The notes under the pieces: model-generated
Seen by the model: only the letters and a program-made list of their open reading frames with translations
Database searches by the model: none
What the model was told of the DNA's origin: nothing
NCBI GenBank assembly: GCA_005223125.1
Contig: NJBH01000004.1
Location: 96,001 to 160,000 of the forward strand
Source: Promethearchaeota archaeon Loki_b32
Lineage (GTDB): Archaea; Asgardarchaeota; Lokiarchaeia; Sigyniarchaeales; SOKP01
Direction of reading: 5' to 3'
DNA length: 64,000 nucleotides
Translations under genes and position numbers: made by a program
Shown here: in pieces, positions 19,525-30,290 of the stretch
Position numbering within the stretch: position 1 is the first letter of the stretch
Layout: every line of letters starts with the position of its first letter

Positions 19525-19642
19525 TGTCTTGAATTAAATCAATTAATTATTTAAAAAATCTAATACTTGTATAGAATAATAAAACAACATCTTCTAATAA
19601 TATATAGATTTTCTGTTTTCAATTTACTTTAGACAAAAAGAT

Positions 19643-20410
19643 ATGAATTCTAAACCTAAGATTTCAGTTATAATCCCCACTTATAATGAGGAAACTAATA
19701 TAAAAAAATCATTAATCGCAGTCAAAAAACAACGCTGTAATATTCCTTATGAAATTATTGTAGCTGATGGACAAAGTTCAGATGAAACTGTTTCTATAGC
19801 TAAAAAATTTGCGAAAGTGTATATTGCTCCAAAAAAAGGTAAATCTTTTCAAGTAAATTATGTTGTACCAAAGACTTCTGGTGATTTACTTGTATTTTTA
19901 GACGCAGATACATTAATAGATGAATTTTTCTTACAAAAGATTTACAAAATCTTTGAGAAACATAAAAATCTTTTTGCATGTAGCGCTAGAGTTAAATATT
20001 ATGATGGAAAAGCCATTTCATTTAAATTGGGTTCCCAAGTATTTTCTATAACAAATTACTTTTTTCTTAATTTTAGTATGCATTTATATTACTTTTTTAA
20101 AACATTGCTTCGATATCCTGAACTCATAGGATGTAATATTATTATTAGAAGAGGTATATTCCTAAAAGTAGGGGGATTTAAGCAATTACCCCCAAATTTA
20201 ATAGGAATGGACAAGGTCTTTTCAGATTCTTTAATATACTTAAGTAGAAAAATGAAAAAGGGTAAAATTAGAACTTTAAATTTTATTTCGGTTTTAACAA
20301 GTGGAAGATTCTTAAACAGACGTCGTAGTTTAGGACGTATTACCCAATATCATTCAAAAAAAAACATTTTTTATAATTTAGCAAAAGATACTGATTTGAA
20401 AACAGAATAA
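19643..20410 (+). CDS. GT2 glycosyltransferase
   Basis: ISVIIPTYNEE, DGQSSDET, FLDAD. Confidence 0.92.
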   Translation: MNSKPKISVIIPTYNEETNIKKSLIAVKKQRCNIPYEIIVADGQSSDETVSIAKKFAKVYIAPKKGKSFQVNYVVPKTSGDLLVFLDADTLIDEFFLQKIYKIFEKHKNLFACSARVKYYDGKAISFKLGSQVFSITNYFFLNFSMHLYYFFKTLLRYPELIGCNIIIRRGIFLKVGGFKQLPPNLIGMDKVFSDSLIYLSRKMKKGKIRTLNFISVLTSGRFLNRRRSLGRITQYHSKKNIFYNLAKDTDLKTE

Positions 20411-20425
20411 TTGTCTAATTTAAAT

Positions 20426-21562
20426 TCATAAATTATTTAATAACTTCCTTATTTCAAGATATCTGCTTTTAAGGGTCAATTTTTTCCATTTATCTATTAG
20501 AGGGATCATGTTCATTGCCAAAGAAAGAGCTTGGCTCATTTCTAAATATTTGTATAACCCTAAACGCCCAACAGGAATAATTTTATCAGATTTACATGCT
20601 TCATTTAGGTATTTATCAAAAATTTTAATATTTCGTTTTGTATATATCGGATACATTGGCAAATTACCATCGTTAAATGACATAGGTTCTTGATATTGGA
20701 TCCATGATTTGTCTGTTTCCTGTTGATGCATAACTTTAAAATTTACTTTTCGGATATAATCTGTATGTTGCGGAAGGTTGATTGTTCCGTAATTCTCATT
20801 TTCCCAATTATCACTATCCTTATAATCAAATCGTAAAGATCTATATTGGAGATTACCAAATTTTAACTGTAATAATTCATCTATACGACCGGAGTATAAA
20901 ATGAGATCATATAACGACTCGTTAAATTCACTTGTATTTAATTCTAAAGGAATTTCTTGTATCATATTTCTGAGGAATTCGGTATATCCATTAACAGGTA
21001 GACCTTGAAAATCATCTTCAAACATTTGAGAATTAGAGTCTGTCAGTTCAATGCGATTTAAAATATATTCTGTTGATAATTCTTTGGGTTCTAAACCCCA
21101 CATTTTTTTGGAATAATTATATATAAATAATCTATATAAAGTAGTTCCAAATTTAGAAACTGAATAAGTTTCAAAGTTAGATAAATCAGGAACATCCGGT
21201 AGTTCTTCTAATTCCTTAAGAATTTGTTCACTATCTTTCATCTCACGAATAGTTTTCTTACTCAGAGGAAAATGTCTCAATATGCCATTGATAAAAATTC
21301 CTTTCTTATGTTTATAATTATTAAAGTCTGAAAATTTTAACACAAATTCTTTAATTCGACTATCTTTAGTGTGAAAAGCATGTCCACCATATGGTTCATA
21401 CTTTATGCCATTAGAACTTGTTTTTGTATAACACAATCCTCCAATATGATCCTCTTTTTCTTTGATTGAAACGATATGACCTTTATTTTTCATCAAAAAT
21501 GCTAAGGTGCAACCAGTAATCCCAGCACCTAATATTAATACTCGCATTGTTTTATCTAACAC
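20426..21562 (-). CDS. glf: UDP-galactopyranose mutase
   Basis: GAGITG FAD motif, HIGGLC, YGGHAFHT, FQGLP..GY, YRSL, GRLGLYKYLEM. Confidence 0.88.
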   Translation of the reverse strand: MLDKTMRVLILGAGITGCTLAFLMKNKGHIVSIKEKEDHIGGLCYTKTSSNGIKYEPYGGHAFHTKDSRIKEFVLKFSDFNNYKHKKGIFINGILRHFPLSKKTIREMKDSEQILKELEELPDVPDLSNFETYSVSKFGTTLYRLFIYNYSKKMWGLEPKELSTEYILNRIELTDSNSQMFEDDFQGLPVNGYTEFLRNMIQEIPLELNTSEFNESLYDLILYSGRIDELLQLKFGNLQYRSLRFDYKDSDNWENENYGTINLPQHTDYIRKVNFKVMHQQETDKSWIQYQEPMSFNDGNLPMYPIYTKRNIKIFDKYLNEACKSDKIIPVGRLGLYKYLEMSQALSLAMNMIPLIDKWKKLTLKSRYLEIRKLLNNL

Positions 21563-22158
21563 AATCCTCCAATGAAAATTCTTATTTAAGTTTTTATAGC
21601 GAATTAAAAAATTAATTTATGAATATTTTTACTTCACCATGATCTCAACTAAAGGAATGCGGGATTCGTGAAAAAAGTAGTCATATTTCTTAGAATACCC
21701 TTAGAATAGACTTTATTGCTCTAACTCTGTAAAAATGCGAAAGATAGCCATATCAAGATAACAACAAAATCTACAACAGTGAGCTCCATAAATATTCAGC
21801 TCATTCAAGCCACTAGAACTTTCTAAGTTCTCGGAGTAATTGCGGTGTGGATAATTTTAGATGCATTGATTTATACCCTCCAATGCCTCTCCTATCATAC
21901 ACCACATAAAACTTCTTATCAAAAAAAGGGCGAAGCACTTCTCGGTAATATTTACCCATGATAAGAATTCAACCATATGAACTATTAACTTCTTTAAATT
22001 TCGAAAAAAAAACATTATAATAGGTAATATATATATAACTACAAAACAAGTAATCTTTGTAAAATAAAGTAAAGAGTGAGGTATATTTTTAGTAATATAA
22101 TTAGATATTATATACAGTTTAATAGGGAAAATAAATAAAATTTCAAAAATTATTAAAA

Positions 22159-23283
22159 ATGATGAAAATAGAAAAGCTTCCAAAAGAATGCGAAGAATAT
22201 ATGACCCCAAAAGAAAGAATTTTAGGGCTTATAATGCGCAAAAAACTTGATAGGATACCCGTTTTTCCATTTGTCTCAGCAGCAGCAGCTCAAATTTTGC
22301 ATTTAAACTATGGGGAATATGCACAAAAGCCAGAATTATTTTTAAAAGCTCAAATAGAAGCTCAAAAATTAATTGGATACGATGCAATAACAGCAATGCC
22401 AGATTTATGTGTTGAGGCTCAGGGTTTTGGAGCAAAAATTATATATCCAGATAATAACGCTGCTTATCCAGATCCATATAATCCCATTATTAAATCTCCA
22501 AGTGAATATAAAAACATCGATAAATTATTCGATTGGTCACATGCAGACCGGATGAAAAATCAAATTGAGGTAGTAAGTATTATAAATGATCAATTACCTG
22601 ATATGATGATAGGCGGAATGTCAATAGGTCCTTTAGGACTCATTTCAAGGCTTCGAAATGTGAATGAACTTATACGTGATTTTGTCTACAATAAAGATAA
22701 ACTTCATGATGCTTGTGAAAAAGTAACTGAAATTCAGATCGAATATATAGAGAAACAAATTGAGGCTGGAGCAAAAATTATTATGCTACCAGTAGTTTTA
22801 GCCGAAAGGGAACTTATGAGTAAAGAAATGTGGTTAGAATTAGATATGCCATACCAAGCAAAAATAGCCAAATTTATAAGGAGAAAAAGAGCTCTCTACT
22901 GTGTCCATACATGTGGTCGAGGCCCATATTTTGATCTCTTAATTGAGCACCTCCGACCAGTCCTTATTCAGAACGCTTTTTTACCCGATGGTGTTAAAAC
23001 CGAAGAAGAGATGATAGAAAAATATGGAAAGAAGTTAATTTTCTTAGGTTTTTTAAGTGTTTCAATGCTTGCTTGGTCAAGTCCTAGTGAAGTAATTGCA
23101 GAATGTAAAAGAGAAATCGAAGTTTTCGGAAAATCCCCCGCAGGATATTTACTTGGAGCATCTTGTGAATATCCTCCATATGCGCCTTTATATAATGCAA
23201 TGGCGGTGGTTAAGGCAGCTAGAATATATGGAGTTAATTTTAAAGCTGGAGAAGGAGCTAATTATGAAGATGGAGGCACCTAA
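22159..23283 (+). CDS. MtaA/CmuA-type (UROD-fold) methylcobamide methyltransferase
   Basis: MTPKERI, DRIPVFP, DLCVEAQGFG, Zn ligands HTC...ASCE. Adjacent to a corrinoid protein gene. Confidence 0.85.
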   Translation: MMKIEKLPKECEEYMTPKERILGLIMRKKLDRIPVFPFVSAAAAQILHLNYGEYAQKPELFLKAQIEAQKLIGYDAITAMPDLCVEAQGFGAKIIYPDNNAAYPDPYNPIIKSPSEYKNIDKLFDWSHADRMKNQIEVVSIINDQLPDMMIGGMSIGPLGLISRLRNVNELIRDFVYNKDKLHDACEKVTEIQIEYIEKQIEAGAKIIMLPVVLAERELMSKEMWLELDMPYQAKIAKFIRRKRALYCVHTCGRGPYFDLLIEHLRPVLIQNAFLPDGVKTEEEMIEKYGKKLIFLGFLSVSMLAWSSPSEVIAECKREIEVFGKSPAGYLLGASCEYPPYAPLYNAMAVVKAARIYGVNFKAGEGANYEDGGT

Positions 23284-23289
23284 ATAAAA

Positions 23290-23934
23290 ATGTTAAAAGA
23301 AGATATATTAAAAAAACTTAAAGAAAGTGTTTTAGATTATGACAGTAAGGCGGCAAAAGAAGCAGCAAAAGAAGCTTTAGAGGCTGGAATTGATCCAATT
23401 GAAGCTATACAGAAAGGCCTTTATTTCGGTTTAAAAGAAGTATGCGACCAATATGAAGACACTGTCTTTCTTACTGATATAATTTTAGCTTCAGATGCTT
23501 TTTATGATGGTGTAAACATTTTAAAGTCTATCATAAGTCCTGAAAAAGCACAATTAATGAAGAAAGGAGTAGCTATTATTGGTGTTGTAGAGGGAGATAT
23601 TCACGATCTTGGAAAAAATATCCTAAAATATCTGATGGAAGCTGAAGGTTTTGAAATGATTGATTTGGGCTTTGATGTAAAAGCTGAAAAATTTATAGAA
23701 GAGGCAGAAAAACACGACGCAGACCTTATATTAATATCCTTAATGTTAAGTTCAATGTTTCCTCAAATAGGAAAGCTCGTTGATTTGGCTAAAAAAAAAA
23801 ATCTAAGAGCAAAAATTATGGCAGGAGGAGGACCAGTTACGGAAGGAATTGCGATGAAATATGGAGCAGATGGATGGGCTCTAACTGCCCCTTTAGCTGT
23901 AAAAAAAGTGTGGGAACTGTTAAAAAAATCTTAA
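23290..23934 (+). CDS. Methyltransferase cognate corrinoid protein (MtaC/MtbC-like)
   Basis: Cap domain plus GDIHDLGKNI (DxHxxG), DLGFDV, GGGPVT. Confidence 0.92.
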   Translation: MLKEDILKKLKESVLDYDSKAAKEAAKEALEAGIDPIEAIQKGLYFGLKEVCDQYEDTVFLTDIILASDAFYDGVNILKSIISPEKAQLMKKGVAIIGVVEGDIHDLGKNILKYLMEAEGFEMIDLGFDVKAEKFIEEAEKHDADLILISLMLSSMFPQIGKLVDLAKKKNLRAKIMAGGGPVTEGIAMKYGADGWALTAPLAVKKVWELLKKS

Positions 23935-24003
23935 TTTACAAAAATTAAAATCAACAGAAATAGATTAAATTCTTATAAAAGTTTTTAATTCAGCTAAAAA
24001 TGA

Positions 24004-24456
24004 TATCAAAAATCTCTTAATCCCGATAGACTGGTTATTACCATTTCATCCTTACATAATTCGCTTGAGACCTTGGATGGAAATTTGATAACAAATCTAG
24101 TTGGCCAGATGCTAGATTGGAGCAGTGATTCTTGTCCAAATTATTATAAAAATTCTTATCCAGATACTGGGAGAGCTAAGTGGCAAAAAGTTATTGACAG
24201 CCGTAACTTCATCAAAAGAGAAGGAGTTGGAGAATTTTTATTACAGTATTATCCTGATGCAGTAAAACGAGTCTTTGGTTACAGCGTGAAGAAAGCTAGC
24301 ACTGTGGAGAGTAAAATTAGAAGCATACTTAATAACTGGGCTAATGAATATGGTTCGATGCCAAAACTGCCAAATATTGTTCTAAATAAACTTGGATTAG
24401 TTACAACTCAGACTCAAATCACAAATTTCCTTGGTAATCCAAATCCAAACCCATAA
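24004..24456 (+). pseudogene. Orphan C-terminal fragment of a larger protein (possible HNH-like remnant)
   Basis: Frame open from 24004 after a TGA: YQKSLNPDRLVITISSLHNSLE... No SD motif or convincing start. Confidence 0.4.
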
Positions 24457-24569
24457 TTTTAAATTATAAATTTTTTATTTTATTATTAAGAATGTTAAAA
24501 AAACAAAAAATCATAAGAATTAAAGATCCACGATTAAAAGGTATATGACTTAATTTAAGAAGAGTTCTA

Positions 24570-24827
24570 ATGAACACATTTTATGATCAGGAGGCAACTC
24601 TTCAAGCTATTTGGTTGGGTTCAAAGGGAGATGAGCAGTTATCACTTCTTCGAAAGCTTGAAGATTTTCGTCATAATTATCGTGATTCGATTTTAGTGTG
24701 TAGTGTATGCTCTAAGTTGGACGGTGATAGAGTCTACATTCCACGACATAAACGTTGGTACTGTACTGATTGTCTAAAGAAAGGAGTTATACCTTCTTTA
24801 AGAAAATTAAAAAGAAAAGCTTTTTAG
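24570..24827 (+). CDS. Small Zn-finger protein
   Basis: CSVC...WYCTDC. Confidence 0.65.
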   Translation: MNTFYDQEATLQAIWLGSKGDEQLSLLRKLEDFRHNYRDSILVCSVCSKLDGDRVYIPRHKRWYCTDCLKKGVIPSLRKLKRKAF

Positions 24828-25006
24828 CTTACTCTTTAATCCGGTCTATTGTTTATCATTCAGGTTTTGTAGTTTATAAAGTAAGAGTTCTCAGTGTTGG
24901 TTAAGAAGACTTCGAGATTCTATTGAGCAACGAAGAACAATTTTTATTAAAATTTTAAAAGTAATATATAATTTCTTAAGGAAATAAGTATATCTATACT
25001 CTGATA

Positions 25007-25753
25007 ATGAAAATTGCTCTGACTTTCGATATTGAAAGAGATATTCCTAACGTTCTAGATACATATTTTGGGGTAAAATTTGGTGTAAGAACAATATTGA
25101 AACTATTAGATGATTTTAATATCAAGGGCACATTTTTCTGTACAGGAACAGTTGCTAATCAGCACCCTTGGGCTATAAGCCTAATAGAGAGTAAAGGACA
25201 TGAAATAGGTTGTCATAGTCTAAATCATGAACGGATATCCAGATTAAGTTATGAAGAATGTAAAAAGATTATCTCTTCGAATAAAGAAACAATTGAAAAT
25301 ATATGCCAAAAATCAGAAATCATTGGTTTTCGAGCTCCTTACCTTAAACCTCCAAAATTTCTATTTCAAGTGCTAAATGATTTGGGATTTACATATGATT
25401 CTTCAATTAGTTCTCGAAAGAAGATGAAATATTATCCAATAAGTTATGGAATTCAAGAATTTCATCCCTCTAAACTATTTCCTTATTTTCGATTTCCATT
25501 AAGTTCTTTTTTTATTCCATTGTGGATGATGAAAAAGAAATTTATTGTACCGTATTTCCATTGTTGGGAAGCAATTGATATTAAAAATGTATTGGACGAT
25601 CTAAACTTATTTAAAAACTCCCTTTATAGAATAGATCGTTGGATAAACACGGGAGATTCATTTATTAAAAGAATTAGGAAATTAATCATCAAAGCTCTCT
25701 TTAAAAAAACTGAATTTGTAACTTTAAAGCAATTATCTACCAATCTAGATTAA
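25007..25753 (+). CDS. Polysaccharide deacetylase (NodB/CE4 family)
   Basis: LTFDIE, HEIGCHSLNH, GFRAP, YDSS, YFHCWE. Confidence 0.9.
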   Translation: MKIALTFDIERDIPNVLDTYFGVKFGVRTILKLLDDFNIKGTFFCTGTVANQHPWAISLIESKGHEIGCHSLNHERISRLSYEECKKIISSNKETIENICQKSEIIGFRAPYLKPPKFLFQVLNDLGFTYDSSISSRKKMKYYPISYGIQEFHPSKLFPYFRFPLSSFFIPLWMMKKKFIVPYFHCWEAIDIKNVLDDLNLFKNSLYRIDRWINTGDSFIKRIRKLIIKALFKKTEFVTLKQLSTNLD

Positions 25754-27193
25754 CTAAAACTCTAACTTTTCTCTCATTCTTCTAATATCCAAAAAGAAAT
25801 TTAAAAAATCTTTTATTGCTCTAAATATCTTTTTTGAATTAAATATGAATTGTAAACCTTTTTTTTTAATCAATCTTATAAAAGTATCTTTCCACCCTCT
25901 ATTAAAATAAGCATAATAATACGCCTTAGATAAAAGTTGTTCTAATTTATCTTTTGATAATTTGTCTAATCGATTTACTGCCGTTGTAAAATTATATTCA
26001 CCCCAATTACTAGATAATAAATAATCTTTTTCAATCAAAATATCTCTAAATTTTGTACCAGGTAAGGGAGTCATTATAGAATACAACGGAAAATCTACAC
26101 CTAGCTTTTTAACCATTTTTATCATAAGATCTGTATCTTTCTCTTCTTCATTTAAACTTGAACCAATTAATAGACTACCAATTATTACTATATCATTATC
26201 ATGAAGTATCCTAATTGCCTCTACAATATCTCGAAATTGAACTTTTTTCTCCATTTCGTTTAATGATTTTTGATTGAATGATTCAATACCAAGGAAAAAC
26301 AACCAGAATCCTGCTTTAGACATTTTTTTAATAACATTTGGATTTTTTTTAATAACATCAATTCGACTTTGACAAATTAAATCTAATTTTATGTCTTCCG
26401 CAATTATTAGATCACAAATCTCTTCTACTCTTTTCATATTTGCAGTGAAGTTATCATCCACTATCAACACATTCTTACTTACATTTTGACTCGAAATAAT
26501 TTTTAACTCTTGAATAACCCGTTCTGTGCTTTTTGTTCTATAAGTTCCTCGATAAAAGAGATGTATATTACAGAAAGTACAATTAAAAGGGCAACCTCTT
26601 GAAGTCTCAATAACATCTATAGGCATCTGAAAAATTTGAAAATAAGCTCTATTATTTCTCAGTTTTCTTGCTGGAAATGGTAATTTATTTAAATCTCTAA
26701 TTAAAGGACGATCTGGATTATTAACTATATTCCCGTTATCTTTAAAAGAAATTCCTTTTATCTCATTTAGATTTTTATTTTTAACTATTTCCCTAAATGT
26801 AATTTCTCCTTCTCCTCGGACTATAACATCTACGAATGAATATTTTATAACTTCAGAATAGGTAAAACTTGGATGCCATCCTCCTAAAACGACTGAATAT
26901 CCTTTATTTTTTGATTCTTTTGCGATTCTTAAAGCAAAATTAATTCCTATAGTGAAACAACATGAAATTCCAACAATATCGGGGCTAAATTCATTAATTT
27001 CTTCCATTATCTGCTTTAAGTCTAAATTTCTGACTTTAGCATCAATTATCTTCACTTTAACTAAATCTAAAATGTTAGCCGCAATATATTCTAAACCCAA
27101 AGCTGGAATTGTAAATTTATCCGTAATACTCTTAGTAATAAAATTTGGATTCAATAAAGCTACTCTTTGGATTTTCTTATCAACTAATTTCAT
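25754..27193 (-). CDS. Cobalamin-binding radical SAM protein
   Basis: N-terminal B12 domain (PALGLEYIAA, GGWHPS, GEGE) and SRGCPFNCTFC. Confidence 0.92.
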   Translation of the reverse strand: MKLVDKKIQRVALLNPNFITKSITDKFTIPALGLEYIAANILDLVKVKIIDAKVRNLDLKQIMEEINEFSPDIVGISCCFTIGINFALRIAKESKNKGYSVVLGGWHPSFTYSEVIKYSFVDVIVRGEGEITFREIVKNKNLNEIKGISFKDNGNIVNNPDRPLIRDLNKLPFPARKLRNNRAYFQIFQMPIDVIETSRGCPFNCTFCNIHLFYRGTYRTKSTERVIQELKIISSQNVSKNVLIVDDNFTANMKRVEEICDLIIAEDIKLDLICQSRIDVIKKNPNVIKKMSKAGFWLFFLGIESFNQKSLNEMEKKVQFRDIVEAIRILHDNDIVIIGSLLIGSSLNEEEKDTDLMIKMVKKLGVDFPLYSIMTPLPGTKFRDILIEKDYLLSSNWGEYNFTTAVNRLDKLSKDKLEQLLSKAYYYAYFNRGWKDTFIRLIKKKGLQFIFNSKKIFRAIKDFLNFFLDIRRMREKLEF

Positions 27194-27367
27194 TTAATCT
27201 ACCAATATTACAAGTGGGAAGATAATTTTCATTCTTTTAATTTTATATTTTTTTTTAGACTTATATAATATGTAAAATAATAAATATTGAATTTAATTGA
27301 TACTATCAATCAGTATTATTAGACTCTGTATTTTTTTATATACCGACAATCCTATTTAAATATTAAC

Positions 27368-28576
27368 TTGAGATTATCTGAAACAATATACATAAATTCT
27401 TCTGCCCAAATATCTAAATTGTGTCATTCAGCTAAGAATTTATACAATTTAGCTAATTGGTATGTAAGACAAGATTTTTTTAAACTAAATATTTTTCTCA
27501 ATTACTACGATCTGGATTATATCTTAAAAGATAAAAATGTTTATCGAGAACTACCTTCTCAGTCTTCTCAACAGATTCTAAAGCTTGTTAATAGAAACTG
27601 GAGATCATATTTTGGAGCATTAAAAGTATATAGAGCGAATCCTAATAAATTTAAGAACAAACCAAAAATTCCACACTATAAAAAGAAGAACGGAGAATTT
27701 ATCGTTATTTTTACAAACCAGCAATGCAGAATTAAGGAGGGTTATTTATACTTTCCAAAAAAGGTTAATCTCAAAAGAATAAAAACAAGAATAAAGGAAA
27801 AACTAAAAGAAGTAAGGATTATACCGTTAAGTATAAAATATAAGATAGAAATTATATATAAAAAAGAAGAGAAGGATTTAGGATTAAATAAAAATAATAT
27901 ATTATCAATTGATTTAGGATTGAATAACCTTATAACTGCTGTAAATAATATTGGGTTAGATCCAATTATTATTAAAGGTAAGGTTGTAAAATCTATTAAT
28001 CAATATTATAACAAGCAATTAGCATTCTATAGAAGCATTGAAAACAAGAAGAGTAATTTCCAAGACACAAAAAGAATCCAAAAATTACACCTAAAGAGAG
28101 ATAATAAAATAAATACCATATTTCACAGAATTTCTAGATTTATAATTAACTATTGCATCAAAAATAATCTTGGCACTATTATAATTGGATATAATAATGG
28201 GTGGAAGCAAAATATAAATATTGGCAAGAAAAATAACCAGAAATTTGTTCAGATTCCATTTTTAAGATTAATTAATCAAGTTAAATATAAATCAGAATTG
28301 GTTGGAATTTCTGTAATAACAATTAATGAGAACCACACATCTAAGTGTAGTTTTCTCGATAATGAAGAGATTAGACATCATAAGAAATATCTAGGTAAAA
28401 GAATTAGTAGGGGATTATTTAGAACTTCCAATGGTACACTCATCAATGCTGATGTAAAAGCAGGTTATAATATAATGAAAAAAGTATTCCCAAATTCCAT
28501 ACAGGTTGATGGGATAGAGGCATTCGGACTGATGCCACAAATAATACAACAAAACATCGTTGATCCTATTATTTGA
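27368..28576 (+). mobile_element. tnpB: Solo TnpB (IS200/IS605/IS607 superfamily RNA-guided nuclease), no transposase in window
   Basis: AKNLYN, SIDLGLNN (RuvC-I), IIIGYN..WKQ, INENHTSKCS, INAD (RuvC-III). Lies between divergent radical SAM genes. Confidence 0.9.
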
Positions 28577-28717
28577 AATGAAATGAGTATATTTTTATTC
28601 ATTTTGATGGTCTCTATGTCTTAACAGCTATATCATTTAAATGATGAGGTTTTAATTTTAATGCTGAATTTACACATTTATTAATTATTAATTTTAATTG
28701 AAATTTTAGATGATTTT

Positions 28718-30181
28718 TTGAAAGTATCGTTAATTTTTCCAAGACCCCCAGAAAAAGGAACTTTTTGTGGTACAGTTAAAGGAGCTGAGCAGTACTACAA
28801 AGATAAGATAGAATTTTACGGATTTCCGCCAATGGGAATTCTTTACCTTGCTACATACTTAAGCAAAAAAAATTTTAATGTTTCGATTCTTGATCAATTT
28901 GCTAGAGGATATTCGATTGAGAGAACGCTAGAGTGGATAAAACGTGAAGATCCAGATATTTTAGGATTTTCAACGATAACTACTGCTGGAACAGGTATAA
29001 TTTCTGCTGAAATTAGCAAAAGAGTAAAAGAAGAAATAAATCCGAATGTAAAAGTTCTGTTTGGGAATTATCATGCCACATTCAATGATACTAGAATTTT
29101 AAATAAATATCCATTCATTGATGCTTGTATAAGAGGAGAAGGGGAACAAACTCTTTTAGAAATTGCTGAAAAAACTGAGAAGGGTCAAGGTTTTGAAGAT
29201 ATTAGAGGAGTTACGTATAGAGACAATAATAGATTTGTGAGGAACGATGATAGACCTCTTATAGAAAATATTGACACACTTCCATTTCCAGACAGGAGAT
29301 TGTTGGGAAATATTGAATATAAAAATGAGGTTGAAGGTCTTGAATTATCTATTGGAAAATTCACTTCTGCTGCTTCATCAAGAGGATGTGCATTTCAATG
29401 TTCATTCTGCTCAAGTTCGATGTTTTGGGGTAAATGGCGTCCGAGAACTCCAGAAAATATAATACAAGAATTATCTTATCTTGAAGAACAAGGCTTTCAA
29501 AACTTACTTTGGGTAGATGATAACTTTACTATAAGCAAAAAAAGGTTGCTGAAGTTATCAAGTTTAATAAAGAAAGAAAAGATGGATTTTAATTGGATGG
29601 CTGAAGGCAGAGTTACCCAGAGTTCAATAGAATTATTGAATGCTATGAAACAGATGGGATGTAAAATCCTAAGTTTTGGTGTAGAAAGCGGATCTCAGAG
29701 GATGTTAGACTGGTATAATAAGAAAATTAATTTAAATCAAATCTATGATGCAATAAAAAATTCCAATAAAGTTGGAATAGATATGATCTTAGCCAATTTT
29801 ATTGTGGGTTCCCCTGTTGAAACTCGAGAAGAAATTATTAAAACTCTAAATCTTTCTCTGAAATTAGATATTGATTTTCCACAATTTCATGTTTTAGGCA
29901 TAATTCCAGGAAATTGGATTTGGGACCAGATGGTAAAAGAAAAAAGAATTAATCCAGATGTATGTTGGGAAGTTGGTACCGCGGTTCTTCCGATTTCATT
30001 GAGTGAAATAATGGAAAGAATAAAAGAAACTCATAGAAAGTTCATGCAACGTCCTAGCTACATATCCAGGCAAATTGTTAAGACTTTTAAAAGCAGATAT
30101 AGGCAAAAAGCAATCTGGCAAAACTTTAAAAACGTTAAAAATTGGGATTTATGGAATAATTGGAAACCATTCTGGGGTTAA
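28718..30181 (+). CDS. Cobalamin-binding radical SAM protein
   Basis: PPMGILYLA, GNYHAT, GEGE, SRGCAFQCSFC. Confidence 0.92.
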   Translation: MKVSLIFPRPPEKGTFCGTVKGAEQYYKDKIEFYGFPPMGILYLATYLSKKNFNVSILDQFARGYSIERTLEWIKREDPDILGFSTITTAGTGIISAEISKRVKEEINPNVKVLFGNYHATFNDTRILNKYPFIDACIRGEGEQTLLEIAEKTEKGQGFEDIRGVTYRDNNRFVRNDDRPLIENIDTLPFPDRRLLGNIEYKNEVEGLELSIGKFTSAASSRGCAFQCSFCSSSMFWGKWRPRTPENIIQELSYLEEQGFQNLLWVDDNFTISKKRLLKLSSLIKKEKMDFNWMAEGRVTQSSIELLNAMKQMGCKILSFGVESGSQRMLDWYNKKINLNQIYDAIKNSNKVGIDMILANFIVGSPVETREEIIKTLNLSLKLDIDFPQFHVLGIIPGNWIWDQMVKEKRINPDVCWEVGTAVLPISLSEIMERIKETHRKFMQRPSYISRQIVKTFKSRYRQKAIWQNFKNVKNWDLWNNWKPFWG

Positions 30182-30218
30182 AATCCAGGGAAAAATAAAA
30201 ATCTTTGAAAAATTACTC

Positions 30219-30290
30219 TTACACATTATCTGGGTTCCAGAAGGATTTTACTCCATGGAAATCCTTGAAATTCTTTATATTGTGGGTAAG
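30219..30290 (-). repeat. Diverged duplicate of the 3' end of radical SAM gene 35184..36650
   Basis: 64/72 nt identical to 35184-35255 by manual alignment. Encodes LTHNIKNFKDFHGVKSFWNPDNV*. Confidence 0.93.

Noticed and set aside
21600-22150. Cobalamin riboswitch or real gene upstream of the methyltransferase (ORF 21857..22210)
   Set aside because: No B12-box motifs were recognised. The minus strand holds only short stop-interrupted frames that I cannot assign, probably debris.
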